Shown piece by piece: positions 7,984 to 16,989 of a DNA stretch of 64,000 nt. The notes under the pieces are model-generated. The model had not been told where the DNA came from. It searched no databases and worked only from the letters and a program-made list of their open reading frames with translations. Every line of letters begins with the position of its first letter. Positions within the stretch are counted from its first letter, which is position 1. The DNA is from Planctomycetota bacterium. Its GTDB lineage: Bacteria; Planctomycetota; B15-G4. The position numbers and the translations under genes were made by a program. The stretch covers positions 4,832,001 to 4,896,000 of the forward strand of contig CBDFJQ010000002.1 of the NCBI GenBank assembly GCA_965248575.1, given 5' to 3'.

Positions 7984-9417
7984 TTAGCGAGTCGGGCTGA
8001 GCCCCCTGAGGAAGAGGTCGCGCGCGCCATTTCCGTCGCCTGCAACGAGGTTGCTCCCGAGGCTTCCGAACAGCAGGAGGGAGCCGTCGGCCGACAAGCT
8101 CGGCGAGTCACTGTCCGCATTGGCCTGGCCCTGGGCGCTGCTGCGGCTGTGACAGCTGGTCTTCCCGGTGTTGAGGTCATGCACGAAGACGTCGGTGACG
8201 CCGTTGATGTCCGTCGGCACGAGGTTTGGGGCCCCGCTGGCAAATGCGATCCTCCGGCCGTCTTCCGAGATGGCCGGCAGGATGCTCCCTCCCGAGGCTT
8301 CGCTTCCGTCGGACGCCACGCTCACACGAGTCGTGAGGCCCGTCAGGTGGTCGTGGACGAAGATGTCGCTGACCCAGTTGTTGTCAGGAAAGGCCAGGTT
8401 GTAGGCCTGGCTGGCGAAGGCAACATAGCGACCATCGGGGGTGATGGCTGGCCGCGTGGAGCAGTCACCGTGAGCGAACTCACCCAACGAGTTCTTGCTG
8501 GCGTGCCACGTTTCGTTGGTGTCGGCGTCGTGCACGAAGATGTAGTGGTACACGCCCAGGACCTCGTTCACGAGGTTGTTGGCCCGTGTGGAGTAGGCCA
8601 CGAAGCGGCCCGTGGCGGAGATGTCCGGGCTGTGGCTCGCTGCAATGCCACCGAAGCCCGCCGGGTCTTGGCTCACCCGCCGTGTGAGCCCCGTCGAGCT
8701 GTCATGCACGAAGATGTCCTGTTGGCCGTTGGCGTCGTTGTCGACCAGGTTGTCCGCCCAGCTGGAGAAGGCGATGTGACGCCCATCAGCGGAGACGGCT
8801 GCGTCGGTGCTGGCCGCGTTGCCTGCCAGGCCGGACGAGCTCTTGCTGACGCGAGAGATGCCACCGGAGAAGCGGTCGAAGAGGAACACGTCGAGGGTGC
8901 TGGGGGTGTCGCCGGGAACGAGGTTGCTGGCCCAGCTGTCGAAGGCGACGAACCGCCCGTCGGCTGAGACGTCGAGGGTCGTGCCTGAGGTGTCGTTGGC
9001 CGGTTGTCCCAGGGCGTCATGGGAGACGAGCAGGATCTCGCCCGTGGTGATGTTGCGCAAGAAGACGTCGCGGACGCCCGCAATATCAGGGCTCAGCAAG
9101 TTGCTCGCGACGCTAGAGAATGCGACCCATTGGCCGTCGTCGGAGAGGGTGCCCGCGTCGGTTGAAGAATCGGCCTCCTGCAGCGACGAGCCGAGATTCA
9201 CGCGCAGCAGTTGGGGCATAGCGATGGTGCCGTGCTGTGCGCTGCGACCCTGAATCCCGGAGCCTGGAGACGTGGGCTGGGCGCCTGGCCAGGCGCCGCT
9301 CGGAAGCCCCTGCCCGGAAGCCAACGGTGCGGTTCCCAGGAAGACCCCAACTACGACCGCGGCGAGGGTGAGGGAGAGCCGAAGCGGAGAGTGTTCAGGG
9401 CTGGCAGGGTGCGTCAT
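7984..9417 (-). CDS. Secreted TolB-like beta-propeller (PD40/WD40-like repeats)
   Basis: Seven repeats of (I/V)S-x-DGR-x-VAF-x-S-x-A-x-NLV-x-x-D-x-N...D(I/V)F(V/L)(H/R)D; N-terminal signal; start 9417 or 9456. Confidence 0.85.
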   Translation of the reverse strand: MTHPASPEHSPLRLSLTLAAVVVGVFLGTAPLASGQGLPSGAWPGAQPTSPGSGIQGRSAQHGTIAMPQLLRVNLGSSLQEADSSTDAGTLSDDGQWVAFSSVASNLLSPDIAGVRDVFLRNITTGEILLVSHDALGQPANDTSGTTLDVSADGRFVAFDSWASNLVPGDTPSTLDVFLFDRFSGGISRVSKSSSGLAGNAASTDAAVSADGRHIAFSSWADNLVDNDANGQQDIFVHDSSTGLTRRVSQDPAGFGGIAASHSPDISATGRFVAYSTRANNLVNEVLGVYHYIFVHDADTNETWHASKNSLGEFAHGDCSTRPAITPDGRYVAFASQAYNLAFPDNNWVSDIFVHDHLTGLTTRVSVASDGSEASGGSILPAISEDGRRIAFASGAPNLVPTDINGVTDVFVHDLNTGKTSCHSRSSAQGQANADSDSPSLSADGSLLLFGSLGSNLVAGDGNGARDLFLRGLSPTR

Positions 9418-9551
9418 CGACGATCTCGGTGATGGCCTCGCTGGTCTGCTCGGCACAGGGGCTGCCTTGGAGGGACGATTGAGGCCGGCTTGGTCCCAGA
9501 GCTCCGTGAGCAGGGGCTCTCAGGGATCAGCGTCGTGGCACGCTCACCGTT

Positions 9552-10265
9552 TCAGCTCCTTCTGGAGATTCCCGTGAGATTCCTGGGGGACGCCGATGCG
9601 GCTGCTGGCGCGCCTGCCGGAGCGGCAGCTCCCGGTTGCTCGAGCAGGGTGGCCATGCGAGCCAAGGCGCGAGAGAGCAGGGTGCGCGTGGCCGCAGGCG
9701 AGCGCTCCATGGCCTGTGCCACCTCATCATGGGGGAGGTTCTGGACCCGTGCCAACAAGATCACGCGCCGATAGTCCTCTGGGAGCAGGCTGAAGGCTTC
9801 TTCGGCACGGGCCAGTTCCTCACGCGCGGACGCGTGGCGGCTGGGGGTGCAGAAGGTGCGCAACTGGCTCAGCAGCTCCACGTCTTCGTCGCGCTCCCGG
9901 GCGAGGATGGCCGTGACGGGGCCCGCCTCGCGGTCGCCCGTGCGGCGCTCCCGGCTCCAGTAACGCCCCCGATCGCGAATCTTGTTCTCGGCCTGCCTGA
10001 ACAGCCAATTGCGGAAGCTGTCGGGCCCTCGATACTCGAAGCGGGGTAGGCCTTCGAGGGCTTCTCGGCAGACCGACTGCACGAGGTCGAGGCTGGAGTC
10101 GTGATGGCGCAGACGCCGGCCGAGCCGCAGTCGTACGAAAGCGCGTAGCCCCGCGAGGTGCGACTCCATGAGGTCGTTGCACGCACCCTGATCGCCAGCG
10201 ACGGCATTCTGAAGCAGTTGCTGGACCGGGACGACGTTTGCAGATTCGTTGGTGGAACGAGTCAT
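9552..10265 (-). CDS. ECF sigma-70 factor (Planctomycete-like, kinase-associated type)
   Basis: AVAGD...LRAFVRLRLG...DLVQSV...FRNWL...TPSRHA...LPEDYRRVILL...EVAQAMERS...LSRAL. Confidence 0.9.
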   Translation of the reverse strand: MTRSTNESANVVPVQQLLQNAVAGDQGACNDLMESHLAGLRAFVRLRLGRRLRHHDSSLDLVQSVCREALEGLPRFEYRGPDSFRNWLFRQAENKIRDRGRYWSRERRTGDREAGPVTAILARERDEDVELLSQLRTFCTPSRHASAREELARAEEAFSLLPEDYRRVILLARVQNLPHDEVAQAMERSPAATRTLLSRALARMATLLEQPGAAAPAGAPAAASASPRNLTGISRRS

Positions 10266-10337
10266 GGAGCGACAGCATACAGCGTTCCCGGAGACCCGTT
10301 AGGATCACCGAAGGACGCACTCTCATCGAGGCCAGCG

Positions 10338-13300
10338 GTGGACAACAGTGAACCCTCAAGCTCCGAGGAGCAGACGGCGGATGTGTTTGAACGGCTCTTG
10401 GCGGAGTGCATAGACGGGTGGTCGAGCGAGGGAAGCGCGGCCGTCGAGTCCGTGTGCGCGCAACACCCCGGGCTGGCCTCGCGGCTTCGGGACCGGCTCG
10501 CAGACCTGCAACGGCTCGGGCTCTTGGGAGAGGAGCAGGCCCCGGAGGCCATCGGGCCGTATCGGATCCTCGGCCCCCTGGGCCAGGGCGGCATGAGTGT
10601 CGTGTATCTGGCATGGGATGAGCAGCTAGGGAAACGGGTCGCTCTCAAGGCCAGTCGCACACCGCTGTCCAGCGACGACCGAAGCCGTGCGCGCTTCCGG
10701 CAGGAGATCTCTGCCATCACGTCGCTCGACCACAAAGGCATCGTGCCTTTGTTGGAGGTAGGGGAAGCCGAGGGGCGGCCCTACTTCACCATGGAGTTTG
10801 TTCCGGGAGCGACCCTGGCTCAACTCGTCGAGCGGTTGCTCGCATCCGGTCAAAGCCCCGTGGATGTCAGCGGTGCGACGATCGCCACCATGGTGGGCGA
10901 GCTGGGACGGCGCGTGCTTGGCGACAAGCCTCTGCCCCAGAACGACGCCGTCTGGCCGGCGACCTGGATCGAGGCCGTGGTCCGCTGGATGCTTGAAGTG
11001 GCCGAGGCCCTGGAGCATGCGCACGCGCGCCAGGTCATCCATCGCGACGTGAAGCCATCCAATGTGTTGGTCTCGGTCGAAGGGTGTGCGCGCCTGTTCG
11101 ACATGGGCCTCGCGAGGCTTGGAGATGCGCCGGGCCTCACTCGTTCCGGCGACTTCACTGGCACGCCCTACTATGTGTCGCCCGAGCAGCTGGGTGGTCA
11201 CTTGAAGGACGTGGACCAGCGCACGGACATCTTCTCGCTCGGTGTGACGCTCTACGAGTTGCTGACGTTCCGTCGGCCGTTCGACGGTCCGTCCACGGCG
11301 CATGTCTTCCGGCAGATCATGGACAAGGACCCCGCCATGCCGCGGCGTCTGGAGCCGCGCTTGCCGCCGGACCTGGAGACGATCTGCCTGACGGCCCTGG
11401 AGAAGAACCCGGAAGCTCGCTATCAGTCCATGCATGACCTGGCCGCGGACCTGCGACGCTTCCTGGAGTTTCGACCCGTGCGTGCGCGTCCGGTGGGTTG
11501 GTTTCGGCGTGGCGTCCGCTTCATGCGCCGAAGTCCGGCACGGGCGACTGCCGCCTTGTTGGCCCTGTTCGTCGTTGTGGGGCTTCCCGCTGGTCTGGTC
11601 TGGGCGAACCGCGCCATTGCCGATGAACGCGATCTGGCGGAGACGAGTGCGGCCGAAGCAACCCTTCAGGCGGAGTTGAGCGCTCGTGTGACCCGCTTCG
11701 TGGTGGATCTCTTCGAGTTGACGCCAAAGGACCAGGAGCGTGCGGAATCCGTGACGGCGCGGGAGATCCTTGACCGAGGCGCCGCGGTGATTCCGACGGG
11801 GTTCGAGGACCAGCCGCTGCACCGCGCGGCGCTCATGCGTGCCAGCGGGCGGGTCTACCGGAACATGGGCTTGTTCCAGCGTGCGCTCCCCTTGTTGGAC
11901 CGGGCTTACGCCATCTATCAGCGCGAGCGAGGCGTGGATGAGCTGGAGACGATCTCCCTGCTGGCGGAGTTGGCCGAGGTCCATTGGCGGGTGGGTGGCC
12001 GCGAAGCGAGCCTGGCCCTGTGTGTCAGGAGCCTTGAGGGCTTCGAGCGCGCAGGCCATGGCGATCACGAACTGGCCGTGCGCTGCCGCATGACGTTCGC
12101 AGCCGTCTCGTCCGAGCTGGGTCGGCCGGCCGAGGCAGAGCGTGCCTTGCAGGCGGCCCTGGATCTGCGGAGCGAGGTGGGCGACGAGGACTCCCTGCTC
12201 GTTGCGGATCTCTCCGAAGAACTGGGGGTCCTGTTGGCGTCGGAGGGAAACCTGGCTGAGGCACGCCGATGGCTGGGACGCTCGCTCGACATTCGCCGGG
12301 CTTCCTGGGTCCCCAACCCTGGTGCAATTGCCGGTGTGCTGGAGCAGTTGGCCACGGTTCACCGGGATCTGGGTGATGAGCAGGGCGCGCAAGATCTCGG
12401 TGCGCAGGCCGGCTCCTTGCGTTCGGGGGTCGCGCGGCAGCTGGCCGCCGTGGGGGAGGCGACCACCGTGCGCTTGCCGGGCCAGGCTCCCGAGGGTCCC
12501 TTCGCCCTGCGCCCCATCGTCCAAGATGCCTTTGACGCCCGGTTCCAGGAGGGGGTCACGGCGCTGCAGTCAGGGGATGACGCCGAGTCCGTGCTGGCCT
12601 TCACGAAGTGCCTCGAGTTGAAGCCGGGGCATCCTGTCAGCGCCTACAACCTGGCTTGCAGCCACGCTCTGGCTGGGCGCGTCGAGCTGGCCCTCGACTG
12701 GATCGGCAAGGCCGTAGACGCAGGCTTTGGATTCCTGAGCGATGGCCCGAGGGTGCTGGAGAAGGACCCAGATCTCGAACCGCTTCGTCACGAACGCCGG
12801 TGGCGCGACCACCTGGAACGCATGCATCGGGAGCGGGCGGCCGCAGTGGGCTATGCAGCCAGCCCTGCGCTCTACGTGCCTCCTGCTTTGCAGGGCAAGG
12901 CTTCCTGGCCGCTGCTCGTGGTGCTTCATGCCCACGGCTCCACGAAGGATTCGGTGGTGCAGGGCCGCTGGCGCCGCGTTGCCGACGAGCTCGGCTTCGC
13001 ACTTCTGGCTCCATCGGCGAGCTTGCCGGTGGCACGGTCTGTGGAGCAGGGGATGCAGTGGTTCCAGGAAGTGGATGACTTCCTGGAGCAACCCTGGTCG
13101 TTCGAGATGCCAGTGATCGAGGGGCTTCGGAACTTCCTGGACCAGGGGACCGTGGATCTCGAACGCGTGTTCATCGCGGGGGAGGGGCACGGTTCACTCT
13201 TGGCGGCGGATCTTGCCCTGACAGCTCCAGGGCTCTTCCGTGGATTGCTCGTGGCCAACGGCCCGATCGTCCCGGAGGTCGCTTGGCAACGGACGCTGCT

Positions 13301-13541
13301 TGCGTCGAGCCTGGGCTTGAGTGTCCGCGTTGTGCTCGATGACCGCGAGAGGATTGTCGCCTGTCCGGACGGCATGAGTGGCGCACAGCTTGCCGAGCGC
13401 CTCGAAGGCTGGCTCCCGCGCTGGGGGCTCGAAGAGCATGCGTCGGTTCGGGCACTGAGCGCTGGGGATCAGCCCTCGGAGACCCTGTGGATGGCGTCGC
13501 TCCTGGAGATGCTCGGCCAAGCCGGCCTGTCGGGACGCTAG
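10338..13541 (+). CDS. Membrane Ser/Thr protein kinase with TPR repeats and C-terminal alpha/beta-hydrolase-like domain
   Basis: LGQGGMSVVY, VALK, HRDVKPSN, DMG, GTPYYVSPEQ; TM helix; TPRs; YNLAC...DPDL TPR end; PLLVVLHAHG and RVFIAGEGHG esterase-like fold; likely GTG start 10338. Confidence 0.9.
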   Translation: MDNSEPSSSEEQTADVFERLLAECIDGWSSEGSAAVESVCAQHPGLASRLRDRLADLQRLGLLGEEQAPEAIGPYRILGPLGQGGMSVVYLAWDEQLGKRVALKASRTPLSSDDRSRARFRQEISAITSLDHKGIVPLLEVGEAEGRPYFTMEFVPGATLAQLVERLLASGQSPVDVSGATIATMVGELGRRVLGDKPLPQNDAVWPATWIEAVVRWMLEVAEALEHAHARQVIHRDVKPSNVLVSVEGCARLFDMGLARLGDAPGLTRSGDFTGTPYYVSPEQLGGHLKDVDQRTDIFSLGVTLYELLTFRRPFDGPSTAHVFRQIMDKDPAMPRRLEPRLPPDLETICLTALEKNPEARYQSMHDLAADLRRFLEFRPVRARPVGWFRRGVRFMRRSPARATAALLALFVVVGLPAGLVWANRAIADERDLAETSAAEATLQAELSARVTRFVVDLFELTPKDQERAESVTAREILDRGAAVIPTGFEDQPLHRAALMRASGRVYRNMGLFQRALPLLDRAYAIYQRERGVDELETISLLAELAEVHWRVGGREASLALCVRSLEGFERAGHGDHELAVRCRMTFAAVSSELGRPAEAERALQAALDLRSEVGDEDSLLVADLSEELGVLLASEGNLAEARRWLGRSLDIRRASWVPNPGAIAGVLEQLATVHRDLGDEQGAQDLGAQAGSLRSGVARQLAAVGEATTVRLPGQAPEGPFALRPIVQDAFDARFQEGVTALQSGDDAESVLAFTKCLELKPGHPVSAYNLACSHALAGRVELALDWIGKAVDAGFGFLSDGPRVLEKDPDLEPLRHERRWRDHLERMHRERAAAVGYAASPALYVPPALQGKASWPLLVVLHAHGSTKDSVVQGRWRRVADELGFALLAPSASLPVARSVEQGMQWFQEVDDFLEQPWSFEMPVIEGLRNFLDQGTVDLERVFIAGEGHGSLLAADLALTAPGLFRGLLVANGPIVPEVAWQRTLLASSLGLSVRVVLDDRERIVACPDGMSGAQLAERLEGWLPRWGLEEHASVRALSAGDQPSETLWMASLLEMLGQAGLSGR

Positions 13542-13650
13542 GCAGAACGACAGCCGGCCCGGCATGTCCTCGGGCAGGGGAGGGTGCCGAGCCGGCGTGT
13601 CGGATAGGCCTGGATCGGGATCAGGCCTGTTCTCGGAGGCAAAGCAGGGC

Positions 13651-14760
13651 TCAGGGGCCGAGCAGTCCGAGGATCTCAGTCGCCGCCGTCGGCGTGCGGC
13701 TTTCGTCGGCGCCGATGTCGACACGACGGCCGATCAGTCGGGGCTGTCCATCGATGTCCAACTGCTGGACACTGCTCGGCGCACCGGCTGCGTTGATCCC
13801 CGCGTCGATCATCGGTGAGTTCGGGCGCAGGTGGTAGCCGTCAGCGCGCAGCAGCGGCTTCACGCTCATGTTTCCAAGGCCGGTCAACACGCCGCCCTCA
13901 ACGTTGCTGAAGCTCACGTTCGCGGTGCCCCAGGTCTGGATGCCCCCGGCACCGTTGCCCCACACGATGGAGTTGCGTAGGACCACGTTGCCGGCGTTGA
14001 TGGCCGAGCCCCAGGTGGCGGCATTGCCGACCACCGTGATGTTCTCGAGCACCAGGTTGGCGCCTCCGAAGTCCGTGATGGCCCCGCCGGTCACTGCAGC
14101 CCCGTTGCCGATGAAGGCGCTGTTGCGGATCACCGTGGGCTGCTTGGGCTCTGCGGAGAAGCCCCATGTGAAGAATCCGCCACCGTCATCGTCGGTGTAG
14201 TTGCCTTGGAAGAGGCAGTTCTCGATGAGCGGGCTGGACGTGCCGCCCAGGGGCCCCGTGTCACCGCTGTAGACCGCGCCGCCCCAGCAACCGGACGAGT
14301 TGGCCACAAAGTGGCAGTTGCGAATGGTCGGGCTGCTCGAGCGGATGATGATGGCACCGCCGTTGAACTCATCGTTCACGGCTCCGGGAAAAGTGGCGCC
14401 GCCCGTGATGGTGAACCCGTCGAGAACTGCGCTGCGGCTCTCACCATTCTCGAAGACGAAGCCACGGTAGGGTTCGGTGGAGGTGCCCTGGGCGTCGATG
14501 GTGGTGGAGCTGGGACCGTTCTCGCTGCGCACGATGAGCGCCTTGCCGAGGAAGTTCAGGTCTCGGTTTCCAGCTCCTGTGTAGACGCCATCGGCGACGA
14601 GCACGGTGTCGCCCGTCTGCGCGGCAATGATAGCGGATTGGATGGTGGGGAACTGGGCGGGGACCGACAACGTGTCGGCGGCCCAAGCGGTTGGGGATGC
14701 CAACATGGCCAGGCCGAACACGATGGCCTGGCGGAGGCGGAGCAGGGGTTTCTGATGCAC
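13651..14760 (-). CDS. Secreted right-handed beta-helix protein
   Basis: Signal peptide; TIQSAI...GDTVLVADGVY...LDGFTITGG, C-x-F-x-x-N repeats, NSIVWGN, SPMIDAG, VDIGADE; GTG start 14760 inferred. Confidence 0.85.
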   Translation of the reverse strand: MHQKPLLRLRQAIVFGLAMLASPTAWAADTLSVPAQFPTIQSAIIAAQTGDTVLVADGVYTGAGNRDLNFLGKALIVRSENGPSSTTIDAQGTSTEPYRGFVFENGESRSAVLDGFTITGGATFPGAVNDEFNGGAIIIRSSSPTIRNCHFVANSSGCWGGAVYSGDTGPLGGTSSPLIENCLFQGNYTDDDGGGFFTWGFSAEPKQPTVIRNSAFIGNGAAVTGGAITDFGGANLVLENITVVGNAATWGSAINAGNVVLRNSIVWGNGAGGIQTWGTANVSFSNVEGGVLTGLGNMSVKPLLRADGYHLRPNSPMIDAGINAAGAPSSVQQLDIDGQPRLIGRRVDIGADESRTPTAATEILGLLGP

Positions 14761-14875
14761 TGGATCTTCTCTCTCGGGTGATGGCGTTGGGGCTCTTGCG
14801 CCCCCAAGGCAAGAGCGCCGCACCGGGAGAAGTGTTACTGAGGGAATCCGCCCGGAGCCGCTTCAGACGGTCGGG

Positions 14876-14936
14876 ACGGTCCCGCGCACGGGTTCCGTGC
14901 AACGGTTCTGCGCACCGGGCCCGCGAACGATCCGGG
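14876..14936. repeat. Degenerate 12-14 bp tandem repeats (about 5 units)
   Basis: acggtcccgcgc / acgggttccgtgca / acggttctgcgc / accgggcccgcga / acgatccggg in a divergent intergenic region. Confidence 0.45.
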
Positions 14937-15061
14937 TCGTGGTGTGCCAGGCGGTCGCCGGTCGCTTATGCTGCCGGCTCGCGGGGCGATGTGCGCCTTG
15001 CTGTCGTTGTGCGCTTCTAGATGTCTCGGGCCCTGAGCTCGACCTTGCGCCCTGAACCTTC

Positions 15062-16891
15062 GTGTTTCAGGTGCTGGGAAGGGGATGCCCGTTGCCAGAG
15101 CCTGAGTTGCTCGAGCCCTTTCCAGGGCTCTTCGTCCTCCAGAGCGACTATGAGGACCGGGCGATCCCCAAGGCTGCCGGCCTGTCCTGGCACTCCGCGA
15201 GCCCCTGCCGCCGAGCTCCGGACTGCCCCCTTTGCGAGCACGAGCTGAACCGGGTGTGGTGGACCGAGGACGTGCTCAAGGCCCTCGAGCTGCTGGAGTA
15301 TGGGGCGGAGGAGCTGCGGGAGCAGATTCTTGAACGTTCTGGACCGGCCGGAGAGGAGCGGGTGAAGGAGGAACGGCGACTCGCCCGGGCCAACGCCCGC
15401 CGTGCGCGCGAGCGTCTGAAGCGCCTTCAAGCGAGCCGGGCCGAAGATGCAGACATCGACGTGCCCTGCCCCGAGGGTTCGTCCTATCTGCCGTACCAGC
15501 GGGCGGCCATCGCCTACGGCCTGGCGCGACCGCATGCCCTCTTCGCCGACGAGATGGGGCTGGGCAAGACCATCGAAGCCTTGGGACTGGTCAACGCAGA
15601 CCCCAAAGCCCAGCGCATTCTCATCGTTTGTCCGGCCAGCTTGAAGCTCAACTGGGCACGGGAGTGTGAACAGTGGCTCGTGGAGCGGGGGCCGGTGGGG
15701 GTTGCTGGCAGGACCTACCCGGAAGACGCCCAGGTCGTGATCATCAACTACGACATCCTCACCAAGTGGCGCAGCAAGTTGCGACGCACCTGGGACGTCC
15801 TGATCGTGGATGAGTGCCACTACGTCAAGAACAAGGAGGCGAAGAGGTCGAAGCGGCTCTATGCGCTCAAGGCGCGACGAAAGCTGTTCCTGACCGGGAC
15901 GCCGATCCTGAATCGACCCATCGAACTCTGGGCCTTCGTGAGCGCATTGGACCCCGAGGAGTTCGACAGCTTCTGGCCCTTCGCGAAGCGCTACTGCAAG
16001 CCGTGCAAGAACCGCTACGGGTGGGATTTCAGTGGGGCCACGAGGCTCGATGAGCTGCATGAGCGCTTGCGCAGCACGATCATGGTACGTCGCACCAAGT
16101 CGCAGGTGCTGACCGACCTGCCACCCAAGCGTCGGCAGGTGATCGAGCTGTCCTCCGAACAGATGGCCGGGCTGATTGCCGTGGAGACCGAGGCTTGGGA
16201 GGAACACCGCAGCCGGCTCAACGAGCTGCGTGCCGTGGGCCGCAGTGAGGGCGAGCTGAGCGACGCACAGTTGCAGGAACTTCGCGCCGGTGTGAATCTT
16301 GCATTCGGGAAGTTGGCCGAACTGCGGCAAGCGACGGCTCTGGCCAAGGTGCCGTTGGTCATCGAGCATGTACGCAACGTGCTGGAGGACTCCGGAAAAA
16401 TCGTCGTGTTCGCCCACCACCGGGCGGTGATCGCCGAACTCGCGGAGCCCTTCGGCGACGCGGCCGTCACACTCACGGGGGATGACTCCGTGGTCGCGCG
16501 CCAGGCTTCCGTCGATCGCTTCCAGACGGATGACAGCTGCAAGGTCTTCATCGGATCCATCACCGCTGCAGGCTTTGGGCTGACGCTGACGGCCTCCGCC
16601 CACGTCGTCTTCGCAGAGTTGGATTGGGTACCTGCCTACCTCACCCAGGCCGAGGACCGCACCCACCGCATCGGGCAGAAGGACAGCGTGCTCGTGCAGC
16701 ACCTGGTGCTGCAGGACTCCCTGGATGCCCGCATGGTGGGGACCTTGATCAAGAAGCAGCGTGTGATCGACAAGGTGGTGGACGGCAGCGCGCAGGCGGA
16801 CCTGTTTGACGGCAGCTTCGCAGACGCCCTGCTCACGGCTGAGGAGGCCGCAACGCCCGAAGCGCCCCCGGATTCGCGAGCGGGAGGCTGA
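15062..16891 (+). CDS. SNF2-family helicase/ATPase (SMARCAL1/HARP-like)
   Basis: ADEMGLGKT, VCPASL, LIVDECH, LTGTPILN, MVRRTKSQVL, GFGLTLTAS, QAEDRTHRIGQ; start uncertain. Confidence 0.9.
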   Translation: MFQVLGRGCPLPEPELLEPFPGLFVLQSDYEDRAIPKAAGLSWHSASPCRRAPDCPLCEHELNRVWWTEDVLKALELLEYGAEELREQILERSGPAGEERVKEERRLARANARRARERLKRLQASRAEDADIDVPCPEGSSYLPYQRAAIAYGLARPHALFADEMGLGKTIEALGLVNADPKAQRILIVCPASLKLNWARECEQWLVERGPVGVAGRTYPEDAQVVIINYDILTKWRSKLRRTWDVLIVDECHYVKNKEAKRSKRLYALKARRKLFLTGTPILNRPIELWAFVSALDPEEFDSFWPFAKRYCKPCKNRYGWDFSGATRLDELHERLRSTIMVRRTKSQVLTDLPPKRRQVIELSSEQMAGLIAVETEAWEEHRSRLNELRAVGRSEGELSDAQLQELRAGVNLAFGKLAELRQATALAKVPLVIEHVRNVLEDSGKIVVFAHHRAVIAELAEPFGDAAVTLTGDDSVVARQASVDRFQTDDSCKVFIGSITAAGFGLTLTASAHVVFAELDWVPAYLTQAEDRTHRIGQKDSVLVQHLVLQDSLDARMVGTLIKKQRVIDKVVDGSAQADLFDGSFADALLTAEEAATPEAPPDSRAGG

Positions 16892-16899
16892 GTCTCGAC

Positions 16900-16922
16900 G
16901 GGCGCCCCTTCGCGCCCTGTTC
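16900..16922 (+). terminator. Possible intrinsic terminator hairpin
   Basis: GGGCGC-cccttc-GCGCCC followed by TGTT just after the SNF2 stop; weak U-tract. Confidence 0.3.
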
Positions 16923-16989
16923 AGCTCGTGATCGGCGCGCTAGCGTGTGAGTGCGGCAAGAGAGTTGTTCCACCTCCGAGGGAGTGACC

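Noticed and set aside
7962..7988. 11-bp direct repeat AGCCCGTTAGC x2 as a target-site duplication
   Set aside because: Only 5 bp between copies and no mobile element; likely local slippage
7984..9200. Periodic sequence that might be a CRISPR or DNA repeat array
   Set aside because: The periodicity is at protein level (propeller blades) with degenerate codons; no identical repeats with unique spacers and no cas genes
15062..16891. SNF2 helicase as part of a prophage or defence island
   Set aside because: No integrase, phage, nuclease or methylase genes adjacent
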